Positions 25,681 through 39,340 of a stretch of 64,000 nt of DNA are shown piece by piece. A program made the translations under genes and the position numbers. The notes beneath the pieces are model-generated. The model was not told the origin of the DNA. It was given only the letters and a program-made list of their open reading frames with translations, and did no database searches. Where the stretch lies: assembly GCF_963676685.1 (NCBI RefSeq), contig NC_092348.1:8866001-8930000 (forward strand). The letters run 5' to 3'. The stretch's first letter is position 1; every line of letters starts with the position of its first letter. The stretch comes from Mytilus edulis. Taxonomy: Eukaryota.

Positions 25681-27495
25681 CAAAAAATCTAGAAGCGGTT
25701 TTTTTTTCTGAAAAAATGCGGCAATTGTTTATTGTAGCGAAATACGTGATGTAACAGACACCAAACCAATATTTTTGCATACGCTAACACTATACTGTGT
25801 CAAATAATTAACCATTATATACAAATTGGAATTTACTAACATATTAGCTATAATAAAAGATATTTATCAGCTTGAATTCATATTTAAAAGTTCCCTTAGC
25901 AAAATCAGAATGTTTATATTGTCATTGTCATTGTCATAACACAACCATGTCTAACTGAACCAATCTGTATGACAAAATCAACGTTCTAAACCCATCAAGG
26001 TATGACGATGCTACTACCCGTGTATAATAAAGGTTTTTTTTTTAATTTTGAGTTTTTTTCATCGGACAAATATAGATTTGATCCTCCCATTGCAAAGAAC
26101 ATGTCAAACTTTATTCAAATTGTTTGCAAACGATCAATGCTTATCAGGCGTTGTTGTGTTGCTAGATTCGACGACGGACAAAAACAACTGATAACGCGAC
26201 ATTTATCTTCAGATAACACCATTGGTCTGACTAATATGAACTGATAAATAATTTCAATATGTGATCTACTGTTGGATTTTTTACTGTATTTTAGACACAA
26301 TTGTACAAACTGAGCACCAAAGAAAGACAAAGAAACCATTGAGGTAAAAACAATATATTAAAATACAGAAAATGTATATTTATGTTTTGTTTCTTTGAAA
26401 TTTTCCCAAACGTAACATCAAAAATAGTTTTCTGACTGAGGAAAATGGCGGACCGGAAGTATTAGGTTATTTTTTTTTAAATTTTGAAATAATTGAAAAT
26501 AATATTTTTGAATTTTTCCACATCCTTTAAAAAACAAAACCGCAAATACTTGTGCATCTATTCACGTCAGATGTAACTAGTGGTTTTGCATATGTCGTGT
26601 TTAAGTTGGATAAAACCACTTGAAACTTGACAATTATAAATAGTGCATTTTAAATCGGCCTCATCAATCTTGCTCGACAAATAGCTTTAAGTTTATATTT
26701 ACACAACTGCTGGTCAAGGGAGTCTTATATATATATTTTGATTTCAGCTATAATTAAGTTTTCAAAATATTTATTTTTAATCTTTCATACATTTGGTGTT
26801 GTTGTTCTAATCGAATTCTGAACATTAGAAGAAAATATGTTGATGTAACAGAATACATTTTCTTTTTCGAATTGCTCTCTCAAGTGATTGTGCTGGAAGA
26901 ATCTAATTCGTATCAAAATGATTTATTCAATTGAAAATATATTAAAAACGAAGAAGTAAATACATGTACGCCAATCATATATTATTGGAAATTGATTACA
27001 ATATTGAGGTGGTATACTTTCATAAGGAATATGGTTTAGTATATCAAACAAGATTAACACAAAATGCATGTATAATTCAAGGTAAGATTTGCCTAAATAT
27101 TTTGTCAGAAATTAAAAAAATGCATTCACATTTGGATATAAAAGAAAAACTTTTGTCTCATGAAACTCAATTTGTCTGAGAACAAAGATGAAATTTACAT
27201 TTTCCCGCTCGATGCAATATTTAATAATTCTGCACCAGAAAATACCAGAGCCAAAGTTTGGAAAGTCGAACCAAACGTAGCAAAGAAAATATGTCCAAAA
27301 CAGTTTCTCGGTTAGGAAGATGCCCACTACGTTAGGTAATGAAAATGGGGAAATGAATTACCTGAAAATGTATCGACAATGAATAAAATGATGTGCGAGT
27401 TATACGTGAGTGTGACAGCAACCCTACACAACCAACAAAAGGGCATTTACAGGTCAACATATGGTCTTCAATTATAAACCGGTTTTTAAACAATG

Positions 27496-28292
27496 TTAAT
27501 GGTGAACTTTCCATGTGTTACTATTAATTGTCCAGCAGCGCTTACATGTATATGTGTAGAATGTGATATCTCCCAGTTAATACGATATAACAAAACATGC
27601 ATTTCCTTTAAAGATTTCCTTGATATATGGTCACTTCTGACAAAAAAAAACTATTTTTAAAAAGCAAGTGTTCTAAGAGGTGAATATATAATCATCCCTT
27701 CAAAAATATTACTGACGCCGTTAAGAGTTTGTTGACCGTTATTGAATATCTGTTTCACAGATGATAACAGACATGCTCCAATTGTCGTAACTTCAAACCC
27801 TTCCTCTCCTCCTCGAAAGTAACCAAACGAATGAGACTTATCATTTGACTTGTACTTACATAAGCAACACGACGGGTACCACAAATGGAGCATGACATGC
27901 CTACCCTTCTGGAGCACCGGAAATCACCCCTGGTTTTTGCAGGGGTTCGTGTTGTTCAGTGTTGGGTTTTCTATGTTGTATTTTGTGTACAAATGGTTGT
28001 CTTTCGTCTTTTTAGTTGTTTTGTGCAATCACATAATTTGTTTGTTTTCTACTTATAATGTTGAAGTCCTTTTGGCGCAGAATTTGCTTACCCTTCCAGA
28101 GCACTAGAAATCAACCCCGGCTTTGAGGGGGTACTTGTTGCTCTGTCTTTGATTTTCTATTTTGTGTTGTTTTTTGTACTGTTGTTTGTCTTTTAAACTG
28201 TGTTTTCCCTTTTGGTGCCATGGCACTGCCAGTTCCCCCCCCCCCCCCCCGACTGATTATTTTGAATACCCCTTTAGCGTCTTTCGCTTCTC
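27496..28292 (+). mobile_element. Degenerate Penelope-like RT remnant and downstream region
   Basis: Diverged reverse-complement match to 44960-45540 (gtgaactttccat..ccagcagcgc..atctcccagttaatacgat; cttaccctt(c)cagagcac units; end cgtctttcgcttctct). Confidence 0.55.
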
Positions 28293-28769
28293 TAAATTGC
28301 CTCAAAAGTCAAAAGTTAGGAATTAAAATACAGCAATTTGTATGTATTCCATAATGACTAAAACCGAATTGCCCTATGCCACTTGTTTATATTTATTTGT
28401 TGGTACACTTATTGTTTCATCATATGAATTTTTGTATTTATTGGTTTCTCAAAAAATATTTCATATTTGAATAAAAACTGGAAGATCAGTAACAAAAGAA
28501 GAAACCCAACAATAAAACGTGATTCTCTTGTTGTTTTTATGATATTTTGTGCTTTGTCAAATATGTCATGAATAGATTAGTAACTTAATACCTCATTGTA
28601 TAGATATAAATAGAGGAACCTGGGAGTGAAACAAATGGAACCACATTATTCTGAAAAGGAGTGAAATGAGTGCGTGTCTATATAGGAAGTTAGATACAGA
28701 AAAACTGTGTTAATAAGTTTTTTCTTTTCTCTTTTCAGGCAGTACTATTTGAAACTTCAAATGTGAAAA

Positions 28770-29728
28770 ATGGCGCGAAGAAGTTTAACGGGATGTTCAT
28801 TATTGATTAGAGCTGCCCCTTGGGTCATTGTTTTATTTTGCCATTTTGTTCTGGCGGGAAAATATGAATGGATGAAACGTGATAATTTTGACATTATTGA
28901 TGATTTGTTTCAAGCAGTAAAAGGATCAAATTGTCGAAGTAAATCAAAACGGGAAATGTTGCTTCTCCCAGATGTAGTGTCGCAAATACCAAAGGCAAAT
29001 CAGTTGAAAAGTACAATTATCTATAAAAATAGAACAAATCTTGTTCACATGCATAATATGGCTTTAAATCGAGCTTATTTCATGAGTTACATTTTACAGA
29101 AGATGAATGACACCGAGTTATTTTACCAACAACCAAATATTCATTATCTATATATGTCCGTAACTGCTGATATGAACGCCAACCCAAGCAATATAAACGG
29201 AAGTTCTATAGTCTTTGACAACAATTGTTATTATCCAAATTGGTTCGTTACTCTTGATTTCAACAACACAATACCATTATTTGGCGTCAAAGGTTGGCGT
29301 TGGGATGACACATATGACCAAGATAATTATTTACGCGAGCCTACACGCCGAGCGGCATATGTAACGGACATTGGAGCTGGTACAAATAAAAACTATACTA
29401 CGGATGGTTATAAAATGAACCCGTGGTACAACTTCTGGTTACCTGATACTGACAGTGCATTGGATAAAAGTAAAAAGTTTACATTTGGTGTAGGAATAAA
29501 GTATTCAAATGTCACAGGAGAGTTTATTAATAATCATTTCGACAATTTTAACTTCTTTGGACCTAACTTACCAAAACAACAAAACTCGGACGATACGTTA
29601 TTGCCAGTTCGCTTCACACAGCCCTATTTCGATTGTCGTGGATCTAAGAAATGGAAAGTTAGTGCTGTGGCTCCAATAGTGGATTTTATGCCAAGATATT
29701 CTAACTGGACACATTTAAGGAGACAGAG
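28770..29728 (+). CDS. Gene A coding exon 1: signal peptide and first GPR158/179-like Cache domain
   Basis: Acceptor ttttcag ending at 28738, ATG at 28770, hydrophobic AAPWVIVLFCHFVLA, motifs NPWY..W and FTQPYFDC...WKVSAVAPI. Donor gttagt at 29729 (phase 2). Confidence 0.9.
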
Positions 29729-30639
29729 GTTAGTTTTTATCGTTCGTATTTAAACTTCATTGTAACAACAGAATAAAAGTTTTTGTTTAGTGAGAAATGG
29801 ACTATTTTCAATTTCTAACTTATGATAATAGAAACTAGAAGTTAATGGTAATTTATAATAGGTAAACTGTCAATGAGAAAGCAACTAAAAAACAATAGTT
29901 CACCATAATTAGCCATCTAGAAATCGCAACACGTTTTCAGCGTTGACTGCCAAGACTATTTAGTAAGCTCTAAATCGTCCATAGTCCATACAAACGATGG
30001 GAATAAACTTAACGATCAGTGTATAACAAAGACCAAATAACGTACATTAATTATCACACAATTCTAATAATCATATAAATATCAAAACTTATAGCAAGTG
30101 ATAATTGTTGACGAATACTACGACCTTTGCATATTTTTTTTAAATTGCATAGTGAGAACGATTTAAAGCACAATAGAAATCAAATTGAAAAATGGTTTCA
30201 ATTATATCGGTACAACCTAAAAATGACCAAACTATCCAAAAGTTACAAAAGATAAATAAAACCACATCAAAGAATGTTGTTTTAAAAATCGTAAAATAAA
30301 AAGTTCAACTAGATTCAGAAGATTTATCTAAAGTCGATGTGCAAGTTCACAAATAACATAAGCCCCGAAGAGCTTTTGAATCCATTACATTTATATAAGG
30401 CGGAAATACATATAGAATAAACAATACAAATAGTACAAGGACGATTACATATATTGACATACAAGGTTATAAAACAGCACACCTTTTAAAAACAGATAAG
30501 CTTAATAAAACAGCTAATTTTTCATTTCTTTAAAAAAAACACTAATACCCTTAAAATCTTTATAATGTGATATATTTAAGCCTAAATGTCAGGACTCATT
30601 AGTTATGCATTTTAATTAACATTCATATTTGTTTTCCAG

Positions 30640-30769
30640 AATAGTTGGCGTTATTGTCATTGATACAGATTTTCAAGAGATTGACTTTAATGCCTGTGGT
30701 ACCAGTCCTGGTAACCCTGGACCCAGTTTTCTGTCCGGCATTTCAAGATGTAAAGGGCCTTCTACAGGG
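30640..30769 (+). CDS. Gene A coding exon 2 (IVGVIVIDTDFQEIDFNAC...SRCKGPSTG)
   Basis: ttccag acceptor and gtaaaa donor, phases 2/0. Paralogous to exon 5. Confidence 0.88.
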
Positions 30770-31544
30770 GTAAAATTCTACCTTTTAAAGCTTAGTTGTA
30801 ACATTTACATTACAAATTAATGCGTATGAATATGGCCTTATTTATTTGTATTTGTCAGGCCCAGTTCTTCTGGGTGTCCAAGTAATTTTATTTACTATTC
30901 ATAAACGTTCCGTGTTCAATTTGTGACTTTTATCTTCTAACAGTGATTTCTCTGAAAAATCAACATCAAATCATAGCTCTTTAAACTTATATTATGTAAT
31001 TGTGCTTTGAAGAAGCGGTTGGATTATGTTTATGTTTAAATGATTTGATCCTTAATTTCTTATGGATGTGTACGATAAAGATAAGGACATTTTCTAGTAT
31101 TCAATAAAACCAATGCTTTATGAAATCTTTAAAAATTTGAGTTATCTTTCTCTGTCCAGAATAGTAGTTGAATCAACTTAAATTAATACTAAATACAATA
31201 TACATTCAGTGATTACAAGCACTTTGATTATCATTCTAAGGTTATGCCCTTTTACAAATGGAAAAATGGAAGAATTATTTAGTATCTTAAGTTTGTCTTA
31301 ACTAAATTGAGTGAAATGTGTATATAATGCTTATTACCTCTAAACTCTTTAAGTTCAATTTTTGGCAGCTTCACTTTTACAGTTCTTGATTTATGTCCCT
31401 TTATAACGTTGTATGCTAGCGGGGGCATCGTCACCTGACCATGACTGTATGCCATTTTACATTTTAATATATTATGATGTATTTAAATGAGTAGTTATAT
31501 AATTATTGTTGCAAACTCCATTAGAATTTTGAAATGAGATCATT

Positions 31545-31885
31545 TTTGTACGACCGCAAAAATTGAATTTTTTTTGGTCGTATATTGGTATCACGTTGGC
31601 GTCATCGTCGTCCTCCGAAGACATTTGGTTTTCGCACTCTAACTAAAGTAAAAGTAAATAGAAATCTATGAAATTTAAACACAAGGTTAATGACCATAAA
31701 AGGAAGGTTGGGATTGATTTTGGGTGTTTTGGTCTCAACAGTTTAGGAATTAGGGGCCAAAAAGGGCCCAACTAAGCATTTTTCTTGGTTTTCGCACAAT
31801 AACTTACGTTTTAGTAAATAGAAATCTATGATATTTTAAAATAGGTCTATGAGCACAAAAGGAAGGTTGGGATTGATTTTGGTAG
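31545..31885 (-). mobile_element. Truncated HINE-like element of a second family with a ~160-bp satellite-like core
   Basis: T run, hairpin tacgacc...ggtcgta, gtc microsatellite, then a core repeated at ~31628 and ~31787 (ggttttcgcac...aaggaaggttgggattgattttgg). Confidence 0.6.
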
Positions 31886-33963
31886 TATTCAATTAAAAAA
31901 TAGGATTGTTACTAAATACATAATTATGTAATACGAATAGACAAATAAGTACCATTGACCTATTACTAATTAAGAAATGTATGTTAATTTTTTTTTTTTT
32001 ATAGTAATACTAAATAACATGCCTCTTCTCCAATTAGAATAACAATTCTTATCTTGAAAGAAAAACGAAACTGATAAATTTTCCTGTCTTAGTATGAAAG
32101 GGTTGTAGGTTAGAGAAATGCTTCAACATATTTAAACATGTTGGTCTGGCAAAAAATCAACGGGTTTAACAAGGTTGGCAAGTGTTGTAGACCAATTTGA
32201 ACCCTGAGTTTTAAAGTTGTGTTTTATGAACTATAAGTTAGTGTCTATTTTTCTCTTCTCTTTGGGTTATGTTATATCTATCTCCGAAAAACAAATTCTG
32301 CCTGATTGGTATGCTGTTACTTTGGAGGTGTTTTTATCTAATTATGTTCAAATTATATTATGATAATTCTAACGAAAATATACATAGTGCACATTGATGC
32401 AACAGCAATATCAGAAAAAAAATTAATTGGTAAAATCAAAAACATTAAGATCGCATTTTTCACATATGGCATGATATGTTATCCACGTTCTGAAAATTAG
32501 CATATAGTATGTCTATAAATTACTAAAACGGTTGTCGTTTTAAGTTAAATTTCTTTGACATAAAGCGAATATTCAAAGACGTTAAGGGATGAAATGCATG
32601 AAGCTGTTGCAATACGAATAACTGAAGATGTGTTAATGAAACAGGAACCCAAAGACAAAAATAACAAAAAGACACATATAGTCAAGTTCTTTTAAATGTT
32701 CCGAGTCTATAAAAGATGACAATACATTCAACATGTTCAATAGAAACTATCAGAGATCAACCATCAACCAAAAATTCTTCAGGAAACCCATAAAAACCAT
32801 CAAGATATGACATGAGACAATCATTGATGAGATATCTTTTTTAGAACAGGCCCATGTATATTAGATATTCACATTTACATTCCTTATTATGTTAGTCAAT
32901 CTAAAGTGTGTCATACCATTTCAAATGCATTGTAGACGATGCTATATATTTTTCAAAATTATTTGCATTAAAGATAGAAGTTCCTGAAACACAAATAAAA
33001 CCCTTAATCCTCTAGATTTCATGTATTTGGCCTCCAAAATTGTCAGTCTTGTCTGTAGTCGTAAAAGTGATTCCAGACACACGTGCAAGTTGTATTAAAA
33101 TCGACATCATTAAATAATGTTGCATCTATTGCGAAAAAAACAGAGGATAAATTTGGTTGAAATAGAAATTAATGCATTGGTTTTTCGAACCTGTTGTATT
33201 CACACCTTTCAATAGTAAAATTAATGCAGATCGCATAGCACAACTCTCAAATAACAGACATGTCCAAATACCAAAAGTCTAAATAAAGGCGACAGTAGTA
33301 TACCGGTGTTCAAAGGTAACAAATTAATTGAGAGTAAACTAATCCGGGCCACAAACCAAACGCGAGGAAACACATCAACTATAAGAGGAAAACAAAGGAA
33401 CACCGAAGTGCAACAACAATAAACGCCAGGATGGACACATAAACGAACTATTTAATAACAACTGCCATATATTTACTTGGTACAGGTTATTTATAGAAAA
33501 TATGATAGGTTGAACCTGGTTTAATGGCATGCCAAACCTCCCGCTTTATGAAAAAGTAAAAAAAAATATTACTAAACACTACTTGACAGAAATACAGTAC
33601 AAACAAATTATATACAAGTCGACACAACATGGAAACTGCAGAACATCGAACATATTCCATCAACGGTAAACACCACAAGATAACTAAAACAGTGCCGCGC
33701 TTACGTACGTAACCAACATGCAATCTCGAACTTTTTACAATTATTTTCACAATATTCATCCAAACTAACCATTTTCAATCCGCCTTTCAACTAGTCATCT
33801 TTTGATTTTCAAATGTGTATTTATAGTTAAAACATAATATAGGCTACGGTGTAGACCTGGGGATATGTTGTCATTGTCAAGGTCTGATTTTAGTGTAAAC
33901 ACAAGATTGGCTATGCGCGTAGACGAGGAGGATATGTTTGTCATTGTCAATGTCTGATTTCAG

Positions 33964-34129
33964 TGTAAACATAAGATGGGTTATGGCCGAAGACGTGGAG
34001 GATATGTTTGTCATTGTAAGAATCCATATCGGTATCCAAGATGGATATCTCCCCCATTCCAAGGTGATGACGTAGAAAGAGCAACTGATGAAGAATACAA
34101 GAATAACTTTGAATGTGTGAAAGATGGAC
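33964..34129 (+). CDS. Gene A coding exon 3, EGF-like (CKHKMGYGRRRGGYVCHC...FEC)
   Basis: tttcag acceptor and gtaagt donor, phases 0/1. Paralogous to exon 6. Confidence 0.88.
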
Positions 34130-35381
34130 GTAAGTTTTTCAAAAATATTTTTAATCATAATTAAGAGTTTGTTTTTTTTTAAATTGTGGTTGCACCAGTC
34201 GGTGACAACATTTGATTTTTGCAGATGTTTGTTTGAAAGAAAAGATTTTTTTAAATAGTTTATGATATTTCACCCAAATCTTTTTATGCCAATGTATATA
34301 CAGGTAGGCAATAATAATGTTTGATAAAATTAATATCAAACTTGTTTAAAAGAGGGACGAAAGATACCAGAGGGACAGTCAAACTCATAAATTGAAAATA
34401 AACTGACAACGCAATAGCTTAAAATGAAGAAGACAGACAGACAAACAATAGTACACATGACAGAACATAGAAAACCAAAGAATAAGCAACACAAACCCCT
34501 TGAACGATAATTTTCTGTTTATTATCCGCTTAAGATATCGTGTAACATTTTAGGTGGATATATTGTATCAACATCGGTCTTAATTTCAGATATATATATA
34601 TATATATATATCAAATATATAAATATAAATAAAAAGATGTGGTATGAGTGCCAATGAGACAACTCTCAATCCAAGTCACAAAGTATAAAAGTAAAAAATT
34701 ATAGGTCGAAGTACGGCCTTCAACACTGAGCATTGGCTCACACCGAACAGCAAGGTATAAAGGGCACCAACATGACTAGTGTAATCTTTTCATACGGGAA
34801 AACCAACGGTCTTCTCCATATATTAAAAAAACGAGAAACGCGCATGAACTACACTAACATCTTTATTTGCAGATAAAACAGATTAAAATTTTAGACATTT
34901 AAAAGATAGCAAATTGAAAATAAATATCTTGCATTTGATAGATATGATTATTGCCTTTACATTCTTCTGAAAAATAGAAAGTAATATTAATCCTGGTTGT
35001 TTATGTTCGGACAAAGGACAGAACTTTTTACGATACAAATTTCCAACCACCTTAATACTCAGTGTAGAAATAATATCCCTTCAAAAATATTTTCGATTTG
35101 CATTACGTCCTAATCGTGGGCTGTTATGGAGAAAGTTATAAATTATCATAAACTTATTTCACTTTTAACGATTTTAACTTTTGTTGAGTTTGTTCCATCG
35201 TGGGCTCTTTAAAAGTTGTGCCAATTCAGACCAAGACCAATGACACTTGGTGGTAAAAAAACTGTTTAATTATTTCAACATTTTATACATAGTAAATTTA
35301 CAAGAAGTGAACACATCAATGACATACATTTTCAGGAAATTGAGTCAATTTCTTACTATAAACTATATTAAATAATTTTAG

Positions 35382-36402
35382 AACTTGGAGTACTTCCCAT
35401 TGTCGACAAGACAGAGCAAGTAGTCGTAGAGTTTGGCGTAGGAGATATTAACGTCAGAAGAAGAAGATCAGAAAACTACTTAAACGGGTCTGAACCAAAT
35501 GTTATAAAAAGTCGATCGTTAAAATCCATTAATGTGGACGATGACACGGTTAACAAATATTCAGAAAAAGCACAAAAAAAGTTTGAAAAAAGACAACAAA
35601 AAGAAAAGCTATCGCCAATCCATTTAGAAGATAAGTTACGAAAAAGGAGAAAGAGAACGGTGAATAGTGGTGAGAGATCCGAATTTGATCAGATGAGGTT
35701 TGAAAAAATGATCAGGATTTTCCGTCAGAAAGCCAGTATCAATAAGGTGAGCTGTAGAACTTCAGCACCAAGTCTATTACATCTACCAGGAGACGTTGCC
35801 TATGGCGTTGACAGACAATTTGATTACCAAGGAAGAACAGCACTTAGACTAGCCCACTTTTTGAGTAATTTCTTACAAAATGTTCAAGCTAGCGACAACT
35901 TTGGTAATTTAAGGGGTGGTGGACGATTGCACATGGAACAAATGTTTGGAGAGGTTATTGCCAACGTTATGGCTGATCATAAAATTCTTTCTTGTGGGCT
36001 TTATTTCGAACCATACACCTTTGAAAACCAAGATGGTTCCAAAAGAGAAATGTTTGGTCCCTTTGCTTACATGCAAGATGGACGAGCTCTTGCCCTTGAT
36101 ACTGCTGGCAATCCCAGAAAATACATTTATGAAGATTTTTATGTTAAGATGAAAGCTAACTGGAAAACCAACTTTGAACACTTACAAACGTATAAGATGA
36201 GACCAATGGTAAGATACGATCCTGCTGGGACCAGTCAGATTCGATTTGAATACTTCCCTATGCGATACAAGGCACCAGATTATAACGATGGACAATGGTC
36301 ACATCCATATTTTAGATGTGATGGAATGGTGGATGAGTGGATCATGACATATTCTGCTCCATTCTTTAAAAAGAACTACATCTCAAATAAAATAGAATTC
36401 GC
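35382..36402 (+). CDS. Gene A coding exon 4: linker with furin-type sites and second Cache domain
   Basis: ttttag acceptor in frame with ORF 35534-36406. Contains RRRR and RKRRKR, and WSHPYFRCDG..DEWIMTYSAPFF. gtaagt donor, phases 1/2. Confidence 0.9.
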
Positions 36403-37498
36403 GTAAGTATGAAACCAAAGTTACATCCAAACAATTATATGTTAATTATATGAGTACATCACAACGATGGCCAGTATAGTTGGACAATTAGTTATAATAG
36501 AAATACCGACTGTCTGTTGAAATATCAATCCACCAAACTCAACAAATATGCTGTCGATCAAAACGTCGGGTATTTTGATATTATTATATTTTGGTGTGGT
36601 TGATTTTGAAATCAATGAGTTTATTGTTTGCAGAAATAGTTATGTTTGATGATGTTTGATGATACTATGAATCCCATCTTTCAATTTAGTATTTGGGAAT
36701 AATGGTTTAATGCACAGAAAAACCAAAAGTATTGATATTATTGCAAATTGCAAAAAATAAATTGGTTGTCTTGAAGATTTTGCAGTACTTTAGTAGAACT
36801 TTAAAATATTAACCAAATTCGGGAGTGTTCCTTCTTACAGTATTTCTGCATGTCACATTTACTGTAAAAAGCTTAGCGAGTTGGTAATAGCTTTGGAATT
36901 TAAATACTTGAGGGTAAATGTCTTTTACTCCCTTCTGTGCTTGAAAATGTTGGATGCAATAGATTTGGTGTAGTTCAATAGTGAAGAACTGGTTTTTTTG
37001 TGTGTACAAATTTGGGAAGGAAATATGTAATGAAACAACGGACAGTGTTTTCTAAACGTATATTATATACATTGTTATAATTTATTGTGGTTTCATGGTA
37101 TATTCTAAGAATTTATATACCCAATGAGAGGGCGGTATATACAATGACTATAACCGTTCTTTTGCCATTTTAATGTTCGGTCTTGAACTTTATTATGTTG
37201 AAATTTTAGATCTACCAGACAGTCAATAATTGATTCTTATCATATATTTGTCAACGTGTTATTAAGATTATGGTCTATTTTGCATGACATCGTGTTAAAT
37301 ATTTTTATATGGTTTTCCTATTCAAACAATTAAGTAATGTACATTATATAAAATTTATATCTACAAACCAAACTATTTGAAATAAAAAAACTTACTTAAA
37401 AAATGATAAACTTATTTACTTAAATATTTAGGCAAACAATTCAAAGCTTAATAACACAATGTTTACATTGTAAATGCATGTCGTGTTTCTTGTTACAG

Positions 37499-37616
37499 AG
37501 GAGTTATAACAGTAGACGTACCACTAGACAAACTCGAAGTAAACCAGTGTCCACAACCATTCAATGTTGCCAACGCATTCAAAAATACAGCTAGATGCCA
37601 TACAAAGTCTACAAAG
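37499..37616 (+). CDS. Gene A coding exon 5 (GVITVDVPLDKLEVNQC...FKNTARCHTKSTK)
   Basis: ttacag acceptor and gtaaaa donor, phases 2/0. Matches the GPR158-type GV..VD....dinQC..F..T..C pattern. Confidence 0.9.
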
Positions 37617-37869
37617 GTAAAATATTTCTCTTTAATATATTTGCTAAATTTAATTAACGCTTTGTAGTAAATATAAGAAGTTAATTGGTTGCGTATTTTA
37701 CAGGAGTGATTTGGTTGTTTATAAACATTATTGGCGTAGCAGTCGTTCGTAATGTGCCGAACACTACTTTTGCCTGTACCAAGGCCAGGAATATGACAGT
37801 TTTGTTGCCGTTTGTTCCCTTGGTTGATATAGTCTAGCGTTTAATTTTGTTAGTTTCTATGGTCGTCTC

Positions 37870-38279
37870 TTCTTGCCACAAAACCAGGTTCAACCCGCCA
37901 TTTTTTTCTTTAAAAATGTCATGTACCAAGTCAGGAATATGGCCATTGTTATATTATAGTTCGTTTCTGTATGTGTTACATTTTAACGTTGCGTCGTTTG
38001 TTTTCTTTTATTTTTTAGTGTAAATTCACATTGCGATAAGACGTGTCACGGTACTTGTCTATCCCAAATTCATGTATTTGGTTTTGATGTTATATTTGTT
38101 ATTCTCGTGGGATTTTGTCTGTTGCTTGGTCCGTTTCTGTGTGTGTTACATTGTAGTGGTGTGTCGTTGTTCTCCTCTTATATTTAATGCGTTTCCCTCA
38201 GTTTTAGTTTTTTACCCCGATTATGTTTTTTGTCCATGGATTTATGAGTTTGAACATCAGTATACTACTGTTGCCTTTA
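37870..38279 (-). repeat. Interspersed repeat (aaaggcaacagtagtatac family)
   Basis: Related copies at 33284-33640 (+), 46810-47048 (-), 63880-64000 (+) and 12350-12560 (partial). Confidence 0.7.
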
Positions 38280-39185
38280 CTTGAACTTACATTGGAGTTT
38301 GTTAATATTGTTTAGTATGGAAATTAATTCAAGACAAATAGAAATATAAAATATTCGGTAGCTTTGAAATATCACTGAGAGCAAAATCTGTAATCTCTGA
38401 TTTTTATGACGTTAGGTTCATTCACATCTATTCTACATTATATGTCAATGCGAAACTTCATATCTTATTCCCTGTTAGAATTTCAACTCCCTATAGTCGT
38501 TAGACGAAGTCGATATAGGGTACAGCCTTGAAATATTTATGTCATCTGTGAAGTCGATTTGTTTTTATCTTAATACTGGAGTACCCTAAAATAAAACATA
38601 AAACATTAATCATCGCATTGGTCTTCTTTTATGTCAACAGGGATATAGTCCTGTCAATGTAGGTAACAAATCAAATTGCATGCTTAACCGGAATATATCA
38701 CTCCCTTTTGTCAAGCAGATAGAAAATGGACAAACATCATGCATTGACTTTGGTGATCTCAAATGTTAGCGGTTATTGAAGTGAAGACAAATATGCTAAT
38801 AAGGGTATTGTACACATAATGGACAGAGAATTTTTTTTTAAAATGCCACAATTATTCATTAGTTCAAAATAGTGCATACTTCTATTTGTTTTCCGTACAA
38901 TTTATAAACTAACCTTATGTGTTCCTTTGATGTATATGTTAATGTATGGGAATTAGAAAAGTCCAACTCGTTAATCCAGATTAAAGCTAACGTTCTATAT
39001 TGATTTTCAAAGCAAAAAGGACGACTTAACGTTTACGCAAAGTCAGATTTGATGAACGGATTGTTTTAGTTTCTGTTAGCTGTATAATTAACCTATCTAG
39101 TTATCAACAAATATATGAAGGAAATGTTTTAAGATATAATTGATAATTTTAATATATCTCACATATATCTGAATCTGTTTTACAG

Positions 39186-39340
39186 TGTAAACCACAAGCA
39201 GGCTTCAAGTTTTCGCGTGGAGCATACCGATGTGATTGCAAACAAGGACACGAGTATCAAATTAGAGACGGTAAATTCTGGATTGAAGGTTCTCTCATTG
39301 AACTTGAGTATGAAAAGAAACAAAAGAAACTGTTTAGCAG
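39186..39340 (+). CDS. Gene A coding exon 6, EGF-like (CKPQAGFKFSRGAYRCDCKQG...)
   Basis: ttttacag acceptor and gtatgt donor, phases 0/2. Confidence 0.9.

Noticed and set aside
26150-26460. Non-coding first exon and promoter of gene A (gag|gtaaaa at ~26343, ccggaagt at ~26453)
   Set aside because: The acceptor at 28738 implies an upstream exon, but this candidate has too little support without transcripts.
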